A stretch of 63,966 nucleotides of DNA, the filler included, from Phoronis australis (Eukaryota; Animalia; Phoronida), in NCBI GenBank assembly GCA_002633005.1. It is 6 parts of 6 records of this genome, joined end to end, with 100 filler letters (N's around TTAATTAATTAA, not from the genome) between each part and the next. Parts side by side here need not be neighbours in the genome. Positions count along the whole stretch, not along the records: positions 1 to 19,600 come from NMRA01000876.1; 5 more parts are not named here. One strand, given 5' to 3'. Each line of letters begins with the position of its first letter. Position 1 is the first letter of the stretch. The position numbers were made by a program, and so were the translations under genes. Below the pieces are notes generated by a model. That model saw only the letters and a program-made list of their open reading frames with translations, ran no database searches and had not been told where the DNA came from. Shown here piece after piece: positions 1 to 12,853 of this stretch.

Positions 1-792
1 GGTTTTTGGCCATAACACTAGTTATAGGAATCTGATTATGAGCGCGCAAGAGAAGACGGAACATATTTGCGACGTTTCGGTTACTCAAAGTTAATGAGCC
101 TAAACGTCAGAAAATATTTGTTTTCTCTTTCTCGCTTATAATGATTTTCAAGGGTTTCCGTCATTCAATTTCGGTAAGGTCGTCGCTTTCTCGCAAAACT
201 ACCGATTGGATGATCAATTACGCACTTATTTGCTCTCCGATTTAACGTTGATCATCGTCAATACACCTCCAAAAATTGCACATCGTCTTTGCGCAAACTA
301 CACTGAGATTTAAGTCTCCCGAAAAAAGTTGAAGATCGGATAGTGTTTAAAAGTCTAATTCTAAATTTCTCCAGTTAGTGCACAAATGAAGTAAAAGAAA
401 GTAGTTCTGCTTGTCGCGTCGGCTGTTGGTATCATTATCTCGATTTATTACCCACAACGCGTGACTGGACAAAGCCTTTTCAAATTAGCCGGTGGAGCGT
501 GAGACCCCTGAGGTCCCAATCGAGTCCTCACGACAACTTTGCGTTATGTAATTGTTGCTGTACGGCGTATAACTTTTATGCAACTGTACTTGTACACCAT
601 TAATTTTTTCATTACTATATTGTAAATTGCCGGTTTACAAACAGAGGCCGCCACTCCTATAGGCACGATCACAAAACTCCCGTGTGCATGCTGAATTTAG
701 AATTTACCACGGGATTTTCTCCGAGACTACCTCCACCCCTTGACGACTTACGACGTCCTAGTTTCGTCAGCGTTTAAACATCCTTCACTCAC

Positions 793-837
793 CAGTCTGA
801 TCCACACAATGGCATCCAGGATTTGGGTTTTCTCTTC
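793..837 (-). CDS. Exon 5: 45-nt nAChR-type exon (loop D region); gene continues left of the window
   Basis: Acceptor attatag, donor gtgagt. EEKTQILDAIVWIRL resembles the 45-nt DEKNQ(V/I)LTTN.WL exon of nAChR genes. Confidence 0.88.
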
Positions 838-1174
838 CTATAATTGAAACATTTGGTCACTCAATGATATTTAGTCAGCCGCTACGCGCTACAAACTGGT
901 TAACCATACTTCTCGGATAGAGGTAGACTTAACACGCCCAATGTACCGCGAAGAAAAATCTCCTATTTGTAGCATATGAAATAACCGTGCCTTGATTGAT
1001 TTCCACTGAGGAGATGATAGAAACGAGATCCATAGGGAGGTCAATGGTATGATCATTTCACTCTTTAACCATCATATGCGCACTTAATAATCTAAATCTT
1101 ACCACGAACGTGTTTATCAATATCTTTGTAAACACCATTATTTACATTTGTTAAAAGAATAGCGACCAACTTAC

Positions 1175-1311
1175 CAAGTCAAGTATTGTGTATAAAGACA
1201 AGCCAATGGAGACAACCACGTTGTTTTTGTAGTTTTTGAGAGGTCTGGCACTGCTGACATAGTTTCCAAGAAGGTGTTGTTGCAGCTTAGCGTCAAGATT
1301 TTCGGCACTTA
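1175..1311 (-). CDS. Exon 4: start of Cys-loop (nAChR-like) ligand-binding domain
   Basis: Acceptor ttgttttcag, donor gtaagt; 137 nt, phase 1 to 0. (V)SAENLDAKLQQHLLGNYVSSARPLKNYKNNVVVSIGLSLYTILDL matches the nAChR pattern L..LL..Y...RP.....V.V..GL.L..I.D. Confidence 0.88.
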
Positions 1312-2279
1312 CTGAAAACAAACGTAATACAGGAAAATCTACACAACTGATAGAAACAATGTTCTTGTCGACCGTTTTAAACTTAATTATGAGAACTTTA
1401 GTTGAACTGAAACTACGTTGATTCTGTGAGGGCGTCCGGACTCGGCCGTAAAATATAGTGCGTCATTAAAGGTTAATGCCGGGAATTCTGCACATTTGGA
1501 TAAACAACAAGAACTAAAATACGAATCTTTATATGACAGGATATCATGTTTTTGTAAAAATAATAATTCGAAACCCAAGCTTTCTCGAAACCCGGGGAGA
1601 CTTAAAGACGCATGGAACGCGAAAGCTCGTCAAAATATCTCTTAAACGATTCCTGGCGAAAGTACCATTACGCAGCATCTACATGTACTTTTGATAGAGT
1701 AATTCACTTTTCTCTGTGAGAGAATTACCACGAAATATCCAAAGTTCTCGTTTGTGGAATACGCGCAAAGGAAAAACTCTGTAGTCTCCACATAGTTTTT
1801 AATCTTCCTCCCACTTGTGGTAAACAAGCGCATGCGCCCACAGCCCTTCGACAAACAGTCGACTAACAAGAAGGATGTTAGCGATAGATTATCATGTGTG
1901 ATCGCATTCCGAATCTCAGGTTGACATTACAGTATGACGTAAGCCCATGAAGCAAGAGATTTCCCAAAGAGAAACCCCGGTGCATTTTAGAATATAGTTG
2001 AATACTACGACACCTTTGCAACCTATATTAAACACAAGTTGCCTCTTAACTAGATGACTAGTAGCCATTTCACCAAGAGACAAAACTTTTGGATACAAAG
2101 TTAAAAAATTTCCACGCGGTTTAAAGTGTTTCTGAGGTCGTTCTGTTGAATCTTTTTTCTCGCTACGCGGTATATACATGTATTTCGTATTTGAAGTTCA
2201 CCGAGAATGAAGTTATGTTATTTTGCTTCACTTGTGAAATATTGTGAAAATGCCCAATTTTAGTGAATAAGGCTTGGGA

Positions 2280-2520
2280 TATCCTTAAACTGCCACCCAT
2301 GTCTGAAACCATGGAATGGCCCCGGGCAAGACATGGTATTCCCTAAGATGCTACAGGAAGCAAGAGACAAGCCTTTCCAAATTCTGTCTAATCTTTATAA
2401 GGCTAGTCTTATACCAGGCTACATCACAGAAACTTGGACTAAGGCGAGGGTTGTTTCCATTTATAAACCTGCTAAGGATTCTTACTTCTAAACTGAGCAC
2501 TATAACTCTTGGAAGTGCTT
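2280..2520 (+). mobile_element. Degenerate non-LTR retrotransposon RT N-terminal fragment
   Basis: Reads GPGQDMVFPKMLQE...LYKASLIPGYITETWTKARVVSIYKPAKDSY, matching the PG.D...IP..W..A.V..I.K..K.DY pattern; interrupted by a stop. Confidence 0.65.
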
Positions 2521-4752
2521 ATTGGTTTGCCCCTCTTGCATATTTACCTCAGCAGTGAAGCTGTGCTAGCAGTTTACTGCATGCGGTGTAATGGGTAGTA
2601 GAATAATGTGCGAATCACTGATACTGTTTCTCACAAGAGCCATAATAGTGTATGCAACAGGTTAATGTCAAAAACTGGAATACTTTTGGCAATGCCAAGT
2701 GATGTTTTAGTGACAACCCTAAATCACAGACACAATTTCTACACAGAAATTGGATACGGTCACGACATGCTATGTCAAATAAGGAGACGCGCTTTGCCTT
2801 GTGGGATAAAGCAATAGATGAGCAGTTGACATATCGTTTTTGAATTTTTAAACCAAAAGAAAAATGTTTTGACATCAACAGAAATTCAAAGTCTTTAAGA
2901 ACAAACCGTAAATATATCTGTTGAACATGTTGGATTCTATTTCAGTGGCAGAGAGTCACTTTGAATAATGCATTTTACAATGTAGTCTGTTCTCGTGTTA
3001 CATGCTGCAAAAGCAAGATATCGTGAGATTCCACGAGATATCGCCATTATTTTCAATGACAGCATGTAATTTTTGCTACATTTTTTCGCTGCGACACAGT
3101 TACTGAACTCGACTTCAAGCGACTTCACTGCCATTTTATGCTGTGCGTTGTTATTGCAAAATCGCCTTCTTCGTTGCCAACTGAAGTCATTGGTCTATTT
3201 CTTAATTTTAAATCCAGGTGAATAATTCGTGGGAGTTTTGTAAATTCTTAATATACATGTATCTGTAATCACAGGAAGCCCATTAGCTCGCCCGAGTGGG
3301 ACTTGATCTATGCTACGTGCAGTAGTACGCGACCGTGTCTGCAGAGTTGATGAACAGAGCAAGACTGACTCTTGGTTGAAGAAGAGTTTTGCGTGCCCGA
3401 CTGTATTTGTTTCCGGCGTGTTGCTCATACTGAACAGATTTAAACTCTTCCTCGGCATACACCGTAAACATTTCTGCCACTGATAAGTGCACAGAATGAA
3501 ATGAAAGTGAATTCATGTGACGTCGTTTTATTTCGACAAATAGCTGTTTTACAAAAGTGATATCCAATTATCTAAAAAGTCCCTTTAGTTCCCAATATTT
3601 ACTCAAACGTCCGTTAACGCACACTGACATCGTAAACTAATGTGACTTATTTCTGAAGATACCGGTGAGTTAAGGATCTATGTAATGGCTTATATCTAGT
3701 GGGTCCAATTGTCGTTTAGAAAAGGCTGTACGTTTAGTTTTTGTGAAATTTTTAATTTCAACTTTCCCGTGCCATATATTGCCAAGTACATAGTTTTCGA
3801 ACTAAATGATTACTATTACCAGAGCCTCCCAAAATGCCCTTCGTGCGATGACATAGTCACGCATGCGCTTACATAGGCACGCATGCGCCTACATAATTGT
3901 ATCTCCCATCAAAGTCGCCATCTTTCCATTAACATTCGATTCAACCGGAGAAGCACGCGAGAATCACGGGACGTAATCGGTAAAGGGAGGCAGGGAGAGA
4001 AATTAATGACTAAGAGTGCAGAAATTGAAATTTGAAAGGCTAAGTAAGGAGCGATAAGTACTCCATTTCGGCTGGCGACTCTGGGGATTTGTTTTAGAAA
4101 ATTTATTTAAAAGACAAAGACGTTTGTTCTTGTCCCAATTTACAATTGCTGAAAAAGGTATAGTCAAGTTATTATGAGCGGATAACTGTCTGGAAATAAT
4201 TGACAGAAATTATCTAAGTAACTATCAATTACGTGCATATTCTCAGAGGCTGTGCACCTCTCCTCAAGGAAATTTAATTATTTTCCTGAAATAGTTTTTG
4301 GTAGCGTCAGATCAATTCTCTGACTCAAGAAATGTTTCGTGAAACAGATCATTGGATTGTATTACTGGACGAACCTTTCAAAACTAGTTCAATCGCACTG
4401 TGCGTTTTTTCTTCCGCAAAATGGAAGAGTTGGATTCGAGGCATAGTGGAAAATCTTTGCCCTGTCACGGAGCATAACGTGGACGCAAGAAATTCGCAAG
4501 ACAGTTGTGGTGAGATCAGCTTATGGAAGACGTTTTACTGACACAAGTTTACTGACACATTTACAATTCCATTTCAATCGACCAAGCACTATCCTTTCAC
4601 TAGCGTGACTTTACAAGGTTTGATGTGATCTCTTTTTTTCTCAAGTAAGGCAACCCACGCAAGGAATAATTGGGCCACCTACCTAAACTCGGGTGAAACA
4701 TGTACGCTACATTGACCATATTGAACGTGCCTGTGTAACTAGTAGTACCTAC

Positions 4753-4842
4753 CATCTGTAGGCTTTCCAGAAGCTGACGAGCTAGATGTTGTGGCGAAAC
4801 CACGAGTGTCATCTGTCGTTGCTTCAATGCGGTTGGTAGAAA
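4753..4842 (-). CDS. Exon 3: 30-codon Ser/Thr-rich linker
   Basis: Acceptor tttctcttacgcag, donor G|gtaggt; 90 nt, phase 1-1; encodes (V)STNRIEATTDDTRGFATTSSSSASGKPTD. Confidence 0.7.
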
Positions 4843-5140
4843 CTGCGTAAGAGAAACACTTGGTGTTAAGTTTAAAGATAGTGGGAAACAATTTCTTGTA
4901 TTTTTACTACAACAAAGTGACGAAATTCTTGTTCAGCTGCTCGTTATTCACTCAACAGAAGCAGAGCTACACGTGAACACAGCAAGTTGTAGCAGAAAGC
5001 GCAAGGGCGCGAAACCTGGTAGCAACGGGAGGACTGAAATTAGCTTGGACATCAGGCAGACGCCATTAACTTTACCTTATTTTTGCAATAACAGAGGAGA
5101 TTCCGTAAAAATTCTATATCTGGCTTTCCATGTACTAAAG

Positions 5141-6432
5141 AACAAGAGCAACGCGGAGCGTTGAAATGCGCCCACGAATGCATTGCAAATGGTGTGCTTT
5201 TAGGGTGATTTATTTGTATCATAAAATGGCCACTAGATGGCGCAAAACATACGATCCCTCCAAAAACAGGAACATGCCACACGTCATAAAACTCTGTCAA
5301 GAAGCTTCAGAGAAACAAAGGAAAACGGAATAAAATGAAATTGCCACTAGTGGGCACAGTGTTCGTTGGATCTGCCTGAAAGTCGTCGTCGTCTGCTGTT
5401 ATCTTCATGTAAATACACTTACTAAAGTTAGTAAAGATCCTGCAGTGGGTTTAAGACATACAACTATGGGCGCAAAACAAAACTACCACTAGGAGGCGCC
5501 ACAGTAGTCAGTCACCATCATCAAAGGCCGTCTTCACACTGAGAGCATATATGCCAATTTTCAAATGATTTGGTTGATACAGGGGTGGACACCAAAAACA
5601 AGATTTGAAAACAGCAAAAATGACCACTAGGTGGCGCAAAATACCTCAATTCCATCCAAAAACAGAAAGATAGCGTCATCACACCAATAGCTGCCTATAC
5701 TTAAAATTTTATGAAAATCTGTTGAGGACCTTTGAAGATACTGAGTTAAACGTAAAAACTAAAATTGCTACTAGGGGGCACAGTAATAGTCAGATCTAAC
5801 AGAAAGTCGTCGTCATCCGTGGTCAACATCACATCAATACACTTGCTAAATTAAGTAAAGATCCTGCGAACGGTTTAGGAGATACAGCTATAGGCGCAAC
5901 AAAAACAAAACTGTCACTAGGAGGCGTCCCAGTAGTCGAAATCATCGGAAAATCATCGTCAACCGTCCTCTTTATAGTAAGCACATACAAGCCAATTTTC
6001 ACAATCATCCTTTGAGCGGTTTGGTTGATAGAGGGGTGGACGTAAAAACAGACTCGAAAACAGTAAAAATGGCCACTAGGTGGCGCAAAGTACGTCGAAT
6101 CCATCCAAAAACAGGAGGATAGCATCATCTCACTAATAAGTGCCTACATACCAAATTTCATGAAAATCCGTTCAGGACTTTTGGAGGTACAAAGGAAAGC
6201 GTAAAAAAACGAAAATTGCCACTAGGGGGCACATCGGTAGTCAGATCCATCCGAAAGTTCGCTCATGCCGTCCCATACATGAATAGAACATATGTGCCAA
6301 ATTTCATGAACGTATGTCAAAGGGTTTTGGACATAGAGCAGCGGACGCCGGACAGACGAGGCCCGGAAAAACGGACGGACGGACGGAGATGATGGCATAA
6401 TGCGTCCACATATAAATATGTGGGCGCATAAT
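5141..6432 (-). mobile_element. Helentron-associated non-autonomous element (HINE/DINE-1-like), copy 1
   Basis: Subterminal IRs ATGCGCCCAC/GTGGGCGCAT. One end has hairpin atgcgtccacatataaatatgtgggcgcat next to (GACG)n; the other has stem-loop caacgcggagcgttg. Internal ~145-bp tandem core repeats and A/T-rich flanks. Confidence 0.8.
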
Positions 6433-6720
6433 AATGAGTGAGACCACTAATTCCGGAATAAACATGTCCGCGATTGTACTTCGGGGACCGTTTTTAGTTA
6501 TTCTATTGCTCATGGCCCTAATTTCGCCTATGACTGTATCATTAACTTGAACAGTTTTAACGGGCTGGGGTAAGTAGTCTTTGAAGGAAATGGCCGCACA
6601 CGCATGCGTATCACATGGAAGACCACAGCAGGAAGACAAGAACAGAGACAAAAGACAAAGATTACGGAATGGAGATTTTACGAACCGCTATCAATTAAAC
6701 AAATGGAAAAGGTACTCCGG

Positions 6721-7011
6721 TTAACGGTTGAAGCCATGGGTGCAACTTTTAAGTAACAGCCAAACGTCAAACAACGTTAGTAGGGTTAGCGCATAATCTC
6801 TCACAATCACGTTCAAGGCGGGTATGTCTCTATGCCATCCACCCCACAGTCCACTGGCGCCTAAGTGGAAAGTACACGTTATAGTGTACCATGTAAACTG
6901 AAAGTCATTATGGTTTCGTAAATGCCCCGAATTCAAATACGTCTCAGACAGATTCACCGTCCAGATACTCTGTATGGTACTCATGGGAGCTGACTCAACT
7001 TTTGATATCAA
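6721..7011 (-). mobile_element. Possible degenerate LINE APE-endonuclease fragment
   Basis: LSETYLNS...FTWYTI...WGG...DVWLLLK loosely matches the LSETWL / GY.I / GGG / LWL motifs of CR1/L2 endonucleases. Confidence 0.3.
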
Positions 7012-7458
7012 GGATTTTCAGCAAATTATGCATTAAGCTGGAGTAACCATCTGGGTTAGGTGTTTTAACTCTCTTTTATATAAAGTCGGTGAGTCAAAGA
7101 ATAGACTCATGGTTGAAAAAATCATTAAATTAAGATGTGAGAAGTCAAATACAGTGTATGTGATAAGTAAACCTCCTCAGAATATAGAATTCTAAACAGG
7201 AAATGCCAGCTGCGACCTCACGTGGCTGAAGTTGCACCGTGCGTGCGTGGAATTTGATTCTATTCGCCTGCTCCGCTGTTATTTCTTGGTATGGAACACA
7301 AGGCTTAGGGACGGTGGAATGTTTGTTTGGTGAAACGAAGTAAGCTTAGAACTGCATGGCAAGCGTATCAGCAGGTATTACAGTGCATTCGTATTAGCTG
7401 GGCGGTGACATTTTCATAACAAGTCAAATTCTCAATTTTTAATTTGGTGAATACCTAC

Positions 7459-8775
7459 CCAGTTGTGTTACTGAATTACTTGATTCTAGAGATGTGTCCC
7501 CTGCATCTGTGGAGAGGACTCTTACGCTAGAAGGAGTATTCGTCTGGACGATAGTCGTTGCATCGGTGCTCCTTAATTCAGTGTTCTCGTTTCGGCTCAA
7601 TTTCGACGGATTTGTGGTTGTTATGGGATCATTTGGATCTGGAGATATTCTCCATGGTTCAGTATAGTAGAAGTTTGCACTCGATGTGGTGATTGCCTGA
7701 GCTCGAAAGAAGGTATTGGTGTTTGTCAGTCCTGCTTGCTCTTTTGTGCTTGAAGTCATTGATGGAATCGTGACACTCATTGGAGCAATTGATTCTGAAG
7801 ACATGTCCCCGCGTGTCTGAGTGGAGTGGACACCTTCACTCAGTGAGGCAGTCGTCTGAATTAAACTCAGTGCATCGGTACTTGGTAATCCCGGAAGCTC
7901 GTTTGCGCTTGAGACCGTATACGGATGTGTGGTTGAAGCCGTATACGGAGGTGTGGTAGTCGATGGATCGTTCGATTCTGGAAGTGAGGCCCATGTTTCT
8001 GTAGAGTGGATGGTGGCACTCGACGTGGAAGTTGTCTGATCGCTGCTTGGAAAATCCGTGTGTTCATTTAGGCTTGAAGTTGTTGACCCATTCCCGTTTA
8101 TAGGCTTAGTAAGTCCACCGGTTGATACCGTACTCAAGTTACTTCCATGAGAAGCCACCATGTTTGCCGTGGGTCCAACACTGACCCTGACTGTTTGCGT
8201 ATTGTTCTCAGATTCGGTAGAATAGAAGCTTGCACTCGACGTGGTGGTTGTCTGAGCTCGAGCAAAAGTATTGGTGTTTGTCAATCCTGTTTGTTCTTTT
8301 GTGCTTGAAGTCATTGATGGAGTCGTAACACTCATTGGAGCAGTTGATTCTGAAGACCTGACCCGTGTCTGAGTGGAATGGACACCTTCACTTAATGAGG
8401 CACTCGTCTGAATTAAACTCAATGCATCGGTACTTGGCAATTCCTGGAGCTCGTTTGTGCTTAACGCCGTAGACGGAGGTGTGGTAGTCGTTGGATCGTT
8501 TGATTCTGGAGGCGAGGCCCATGTTTCTGTAGAGTCGATCGTGGCACTTGATGTGGCAGTTGTTTCATCGCTGCTTGGCAAATCCGTAACTTCATTTGGG
8601 ATTGAAGTGGTTAACCCATTTCCCGCTGTAATCGTAGTAAGTCCACCGGTTGATACCGTACTCAAGTTACTTTCATGAGAAGACACAACGTTTGTCGTGG
8701 ATGCAACACCTACCCTGAATGTCTGCGTGTCGTTATCAGACGTTGTATTACCGCTCGCAAATTCCGGTACCACAG
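7459..8775 (-). CDS. Exon 2: 439-codon Ser/Thr-rich mucin-like domain with internal duplication
   Basis: Lies within ORF 7439..8902. Acceptor ttttgccctgttgtag, donor G|gtaggt; 1317 nt, phase 1-1. Completes the signal peptide (..LSVAVVPEFASG|NTT). Confidence 0.85.
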
Positions 8776-10959
8776 CTACAACAGGGCAAAACAGGGCTCT
8801 ATATTTAGGGCGAAACGCCGTTGTATACTCAGGGTGAAACGCCGCACTATGTTCAGAAATGGCGGAGTGTGTCCTATCATTTACTAAGTTTGCATATGTC
8901 ATGACTTCTTTAACAACGTTTCACAAAAAATCCCGCTATTTCCCGAGTTCTTTGGATTATATGCCCATCATGGACCTCATCATTCTGTACAGGTCCCTTA
9001 AAGGTTGTTGCCATTATATGAGAGCTAAAATCACAACATGTACTTCCTGACATAATCATGCATTTTTCGTCAGAAACTTTGGTCTTTTTGGCAGGTCCAG
9101 TAAAGTCACTGGACTAAGGTCCATCACGTGAAATACTATTTTACTTTTCAAACCCTTCCACGAGGTAGAAATGTATAGAAGAGACAGAAAACAGTGCACA
9201 GTATTCCCACACGAGACAAAGAAGACAAACTACATTTTTGGGAACTCAGCAAACATGCATATCTCGTTTTAGACAGCACAATTTGGTTTTACTCGTTTAA
9301 AACCCATGAATATATGGCAGCACCATACGTTGTAAATCCCATCGTTATAATTCGCTTCCATAACAATCTTTAAAGCGGCAATAAGTTCTCATTACGTCCA
9401 CAAAACAAACGCAAGATTTAAACAAACTATTACAAAACAACACCGCTTTACGCTGGTCTCAGCTTGTTCCTTACTCGGATAAGTCACTTTTGGCTTTGTA
9501 CAGAACTGACACTTTTTCACTCCCTGCGACCATATTCTAGAGGTTGGTCTCAAGCCACAGATATTATTCAGTTCTGTCGAAGTCATTAACGAAAAAGTTA
9601 AGCCCAATTTCATAACAGAAATCGTCCTAAATCAACTGTTTTTTGTGAAGGAAGGTGGGTTCATTGCCGCTTTAAATATTGAGTTTGGCACCAACGCATG
9701 GACGACGAACAAACGTACAGTCAGATAAACGGATAAACAAATAAACGACACTATACGGCTAGAAAGAGGGAGCAAACAGGTAGACATACATGCATGCGCC
9801 ACCGTACGTAGAACATTCATCGTAATGCTTTCAGACTATATTTAGTCACGCTCAGTTGTCACATGGAATACACGCACTTAATATAATTCAATTAAGTCAA
9901 AACAACGGGAACAGTCAATTCCAACTCCTAACTCCAAAATAATGATCATTTTTTAACTCGGAAAGGTGCTAACGTACATGCAAGGAAATGAAATCGTCAA
10001 CGTCCGGGACCTAGTTTCGCAGGGCTTCACTAGTCACCGGCACGCACGGTGTTCCACTGCAGACCAAGTCAACTTGATGATCACTCACAGACAGGCGCTG
10101 GATAATCTCACTACGTTGGTTAAGGTGGAAATCTCTCGCCGATGCTCGTTACCTCAGAAAGCAGTTCAGGCTTTGGTGTGCTTTTAACTACTTCCTAAAC
10201 CCACCACCAGGAGAGAACAAACCTAGTGCCGCAAATTTCCGTAAATAAAAGCGTGACGTGGGTCTAGCCTATTCAGAAAATAAAATTGCTCGTGCCAGGA
10301 CGGAAAAGTAAATTCAGCCATACGCTTGCCCCCCCCCCAGTCGTACGACGTAGGCCTATATTTGGCATAAGATACGTAGCCTGTGTCATGGTAAATGTGT
10401 TCTCTGGTAAGTAAGTTTCCCAAACAGTTAAAAACCTTCCCAATACCCAGGTCTGACCTATCTCAGACCCAGATTGACCTTCTACAAAATTTCTTAAGCG
10501 TAAAGTAAAAAATAAATATATCATTTATGAGCAAGTCCCATTTTTAACAATTCGCTTACTCATAAATGAGTACATAAGGGAACTTCTACTTACTGGGGAA
10601 TCTATTTACCGAGACACTGGCTGTTAAATCGAAAACTCCACGGTCATTATACGGTTACATAAGGTAACTGAATTGTTTCATTAATAAATTGCACGGCAAT
10701 GAGTTATGCATAATTATCACATGCGCTTTGAATCAGTCGAGTGTAATAGAGTCACGTTATATTGTTTTCCGTATTCCACTCCCGGACTACTTCAACAGTG
10801 CCCTCTGACATGGAAAGTTCAATAGGTAGGTCAATGTCGACTCGACATCGTTAGCTAGTTCGATCATCAAACCAAAATAGTTTAAAGTAATATAATTGCA
10901 GCAGTAGAAATAACACTCAAGATACAATCAGGTCCCAAACGTAACATCTGGTACAAAAC

Positions 10960-11330
10960 AGTTAATGCATGACACCTCTGTCTCAGTTTTCAATTGCTAA
11001 ATACGATATCGTCTGCAACTCAGGCGCCGATTCTTCAGTAACTACACTGTCAAATGACGTTGTTATTTAACTAGTTAACTAATTTCAAAATAATCTTGAA
11101 TAAACCCCTCCAGCTGTAAGTGCTTGGACAGCCGTCGCGAGAGAGAACACACCTTGAGTCCAATGTAACGCTGCTCACGAGAATGGAGACGAAGACATTC
11201 GTCCATATGACATGTGAATTGGTAAACAATGTACATTTGGCCTCTGATAGTAGTCTTTTTACGAATGTGGTTGTTTTTCATGACAAGATCATTTTGTACA
11301 TCAACATGACCGAAAAATAACTGGGCAAGA
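10960..11330 (-). mobile_element. Penelope-like element GIY-YIG endonuclease remnant
   Basis: ORF 11075..11281 reads VMKNN...IVYQFTCHMDEC...RYIGLKVCSLSRRLSKHLQ: VY-x-YIG with Cys/His spacing typical of PLE endonucleases. Confidence 0.7.
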
Positions 11331-12853
11331 AATAGTAGACAATACCATCATTCGCTAAATTGAAAATGACACATTTCGGCTAAATATCCGTCACGAAAAT
11401 CCTGTGTTAAAAAGCAGCTCACAGGTGTGTATCGCACGCTGGCTCAATCTGTTTCCATAGGGTTGCAGCCTTCCTACCGTGTGTTGCATTTACAGGCTCT
11501 GCTTGTATGCCCGTCTTCCCGTTGTCACGTGTATTTCACTGTTTATTTCGCTCCCTGTATGTTCATTCCACTCATTGCCTGATGATGTGACATGCAGTCT
11601 CGAAATATAGCTAGTGTTTTAATTTGTTTTTTTGTTATGTCTCTCGGTGCTTTACTACATAGCTGCACACCTGAAGAAAGGAGATTGTTCCGACACTACG
11701 AGCGAATCAGTATCAAGCTTTCAAACAAAAAGCTAAGACGTTTTCAACGATGTTTGTGTTAACGAAAGGCTGCAACCGAACTACACTTATGTTATAGAAG
11801 ATGAATGTCATTTTCAATTGAGTGTCCGCTTTATGACTACCTAAGAACAACTTTCAAGTCAATAATTATACTGTAAATTTACTTTGTAGACATCATGTTG
11901 AAATGTAGTATTTTAAAGTTGGTTCAGTATTTGTTGGCTGCTGGTATATAAAGGGACGATGGAAATTCATTATTTTTGTATTTAAAACCATGTATATGGG
12001 CTGGAGGCCCGCTTTGCACAACAAGGAAAATAAGCTCACTCAACACTATTACGTCACTTAGCTGAATTTGTACAGTGGTGACCTCTTCATAACACATCCA
12101 TTACACGTACATGAATGAAGAACATCGTTTTTCAAAACTCTTTTACCGGAGGGCTCGCCAAAATTTTGGAATAACATTATCAGGCGATTTCTCAAAATAC
12201 TTTGAGCAAAAAAATGTACAACAATGTCGTCATGTCATGTTATCTACCGTAAAATTCATTTTCCGTGATACTGTAGAGTGTAGAGATGTATTGCGAAATC
12301 GGACAGTTCCTTTGGGTAGGGGCATTTGCCGGGAACAATGGACCCTTTGAATTTGCCAAAGGTTAGTGCTGCCACGTCAAAGATGCCACTATACTCAACG
12401 GCATCTGCCCCTGGACTACAGAGTATTCATAGGAAAGTATACTGCATTTAAAAGCCACGCCATGTGTTTATTTGTATTCCCTTCTCGAAATCAACTTTGA
12501 CTGGCTTGTTTTTGTTTAGGAACTTAACAGGTAAGGTCATTGTAATTTCGTGGATATGTAGCAGCGGTAGTAATCGGGAGCATCAGCAAAATATCACTTT
12601 CTTGTTTTCATTTGGAACAACGCAGTAAGTAATCGGAAAATGTACCTACGATTCGTTTAAAATGAATCGTACGTCTGGAAGCGCAGTAGGGTGTTTCTAG
12701 ACGTTCAGTTCAGCTAATGCTAAGTTCAATGAAGGCCACCACTATTAATCACGATTACGTGGACTCTTCTCTTTTCTTTTCACGGAATCACAGACACGTA
12801 ATGGCACTGGCAGAATCCTTTTTCTTGAAATAATAAAATATAAACCTACTCAC

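Noticed and set aside
3195-3567. Short ORFs as extra receptor exons
   Set aside because: The candidate acceptor gives an immediate stop in the required phase; no family similarity.
7439-8902. 487-aa ORF as a stand-alone single-exon gene
   Set aside because: The first ~42 and last ~6 codons lie outside clear splice sites; it fits better as an internal exon.
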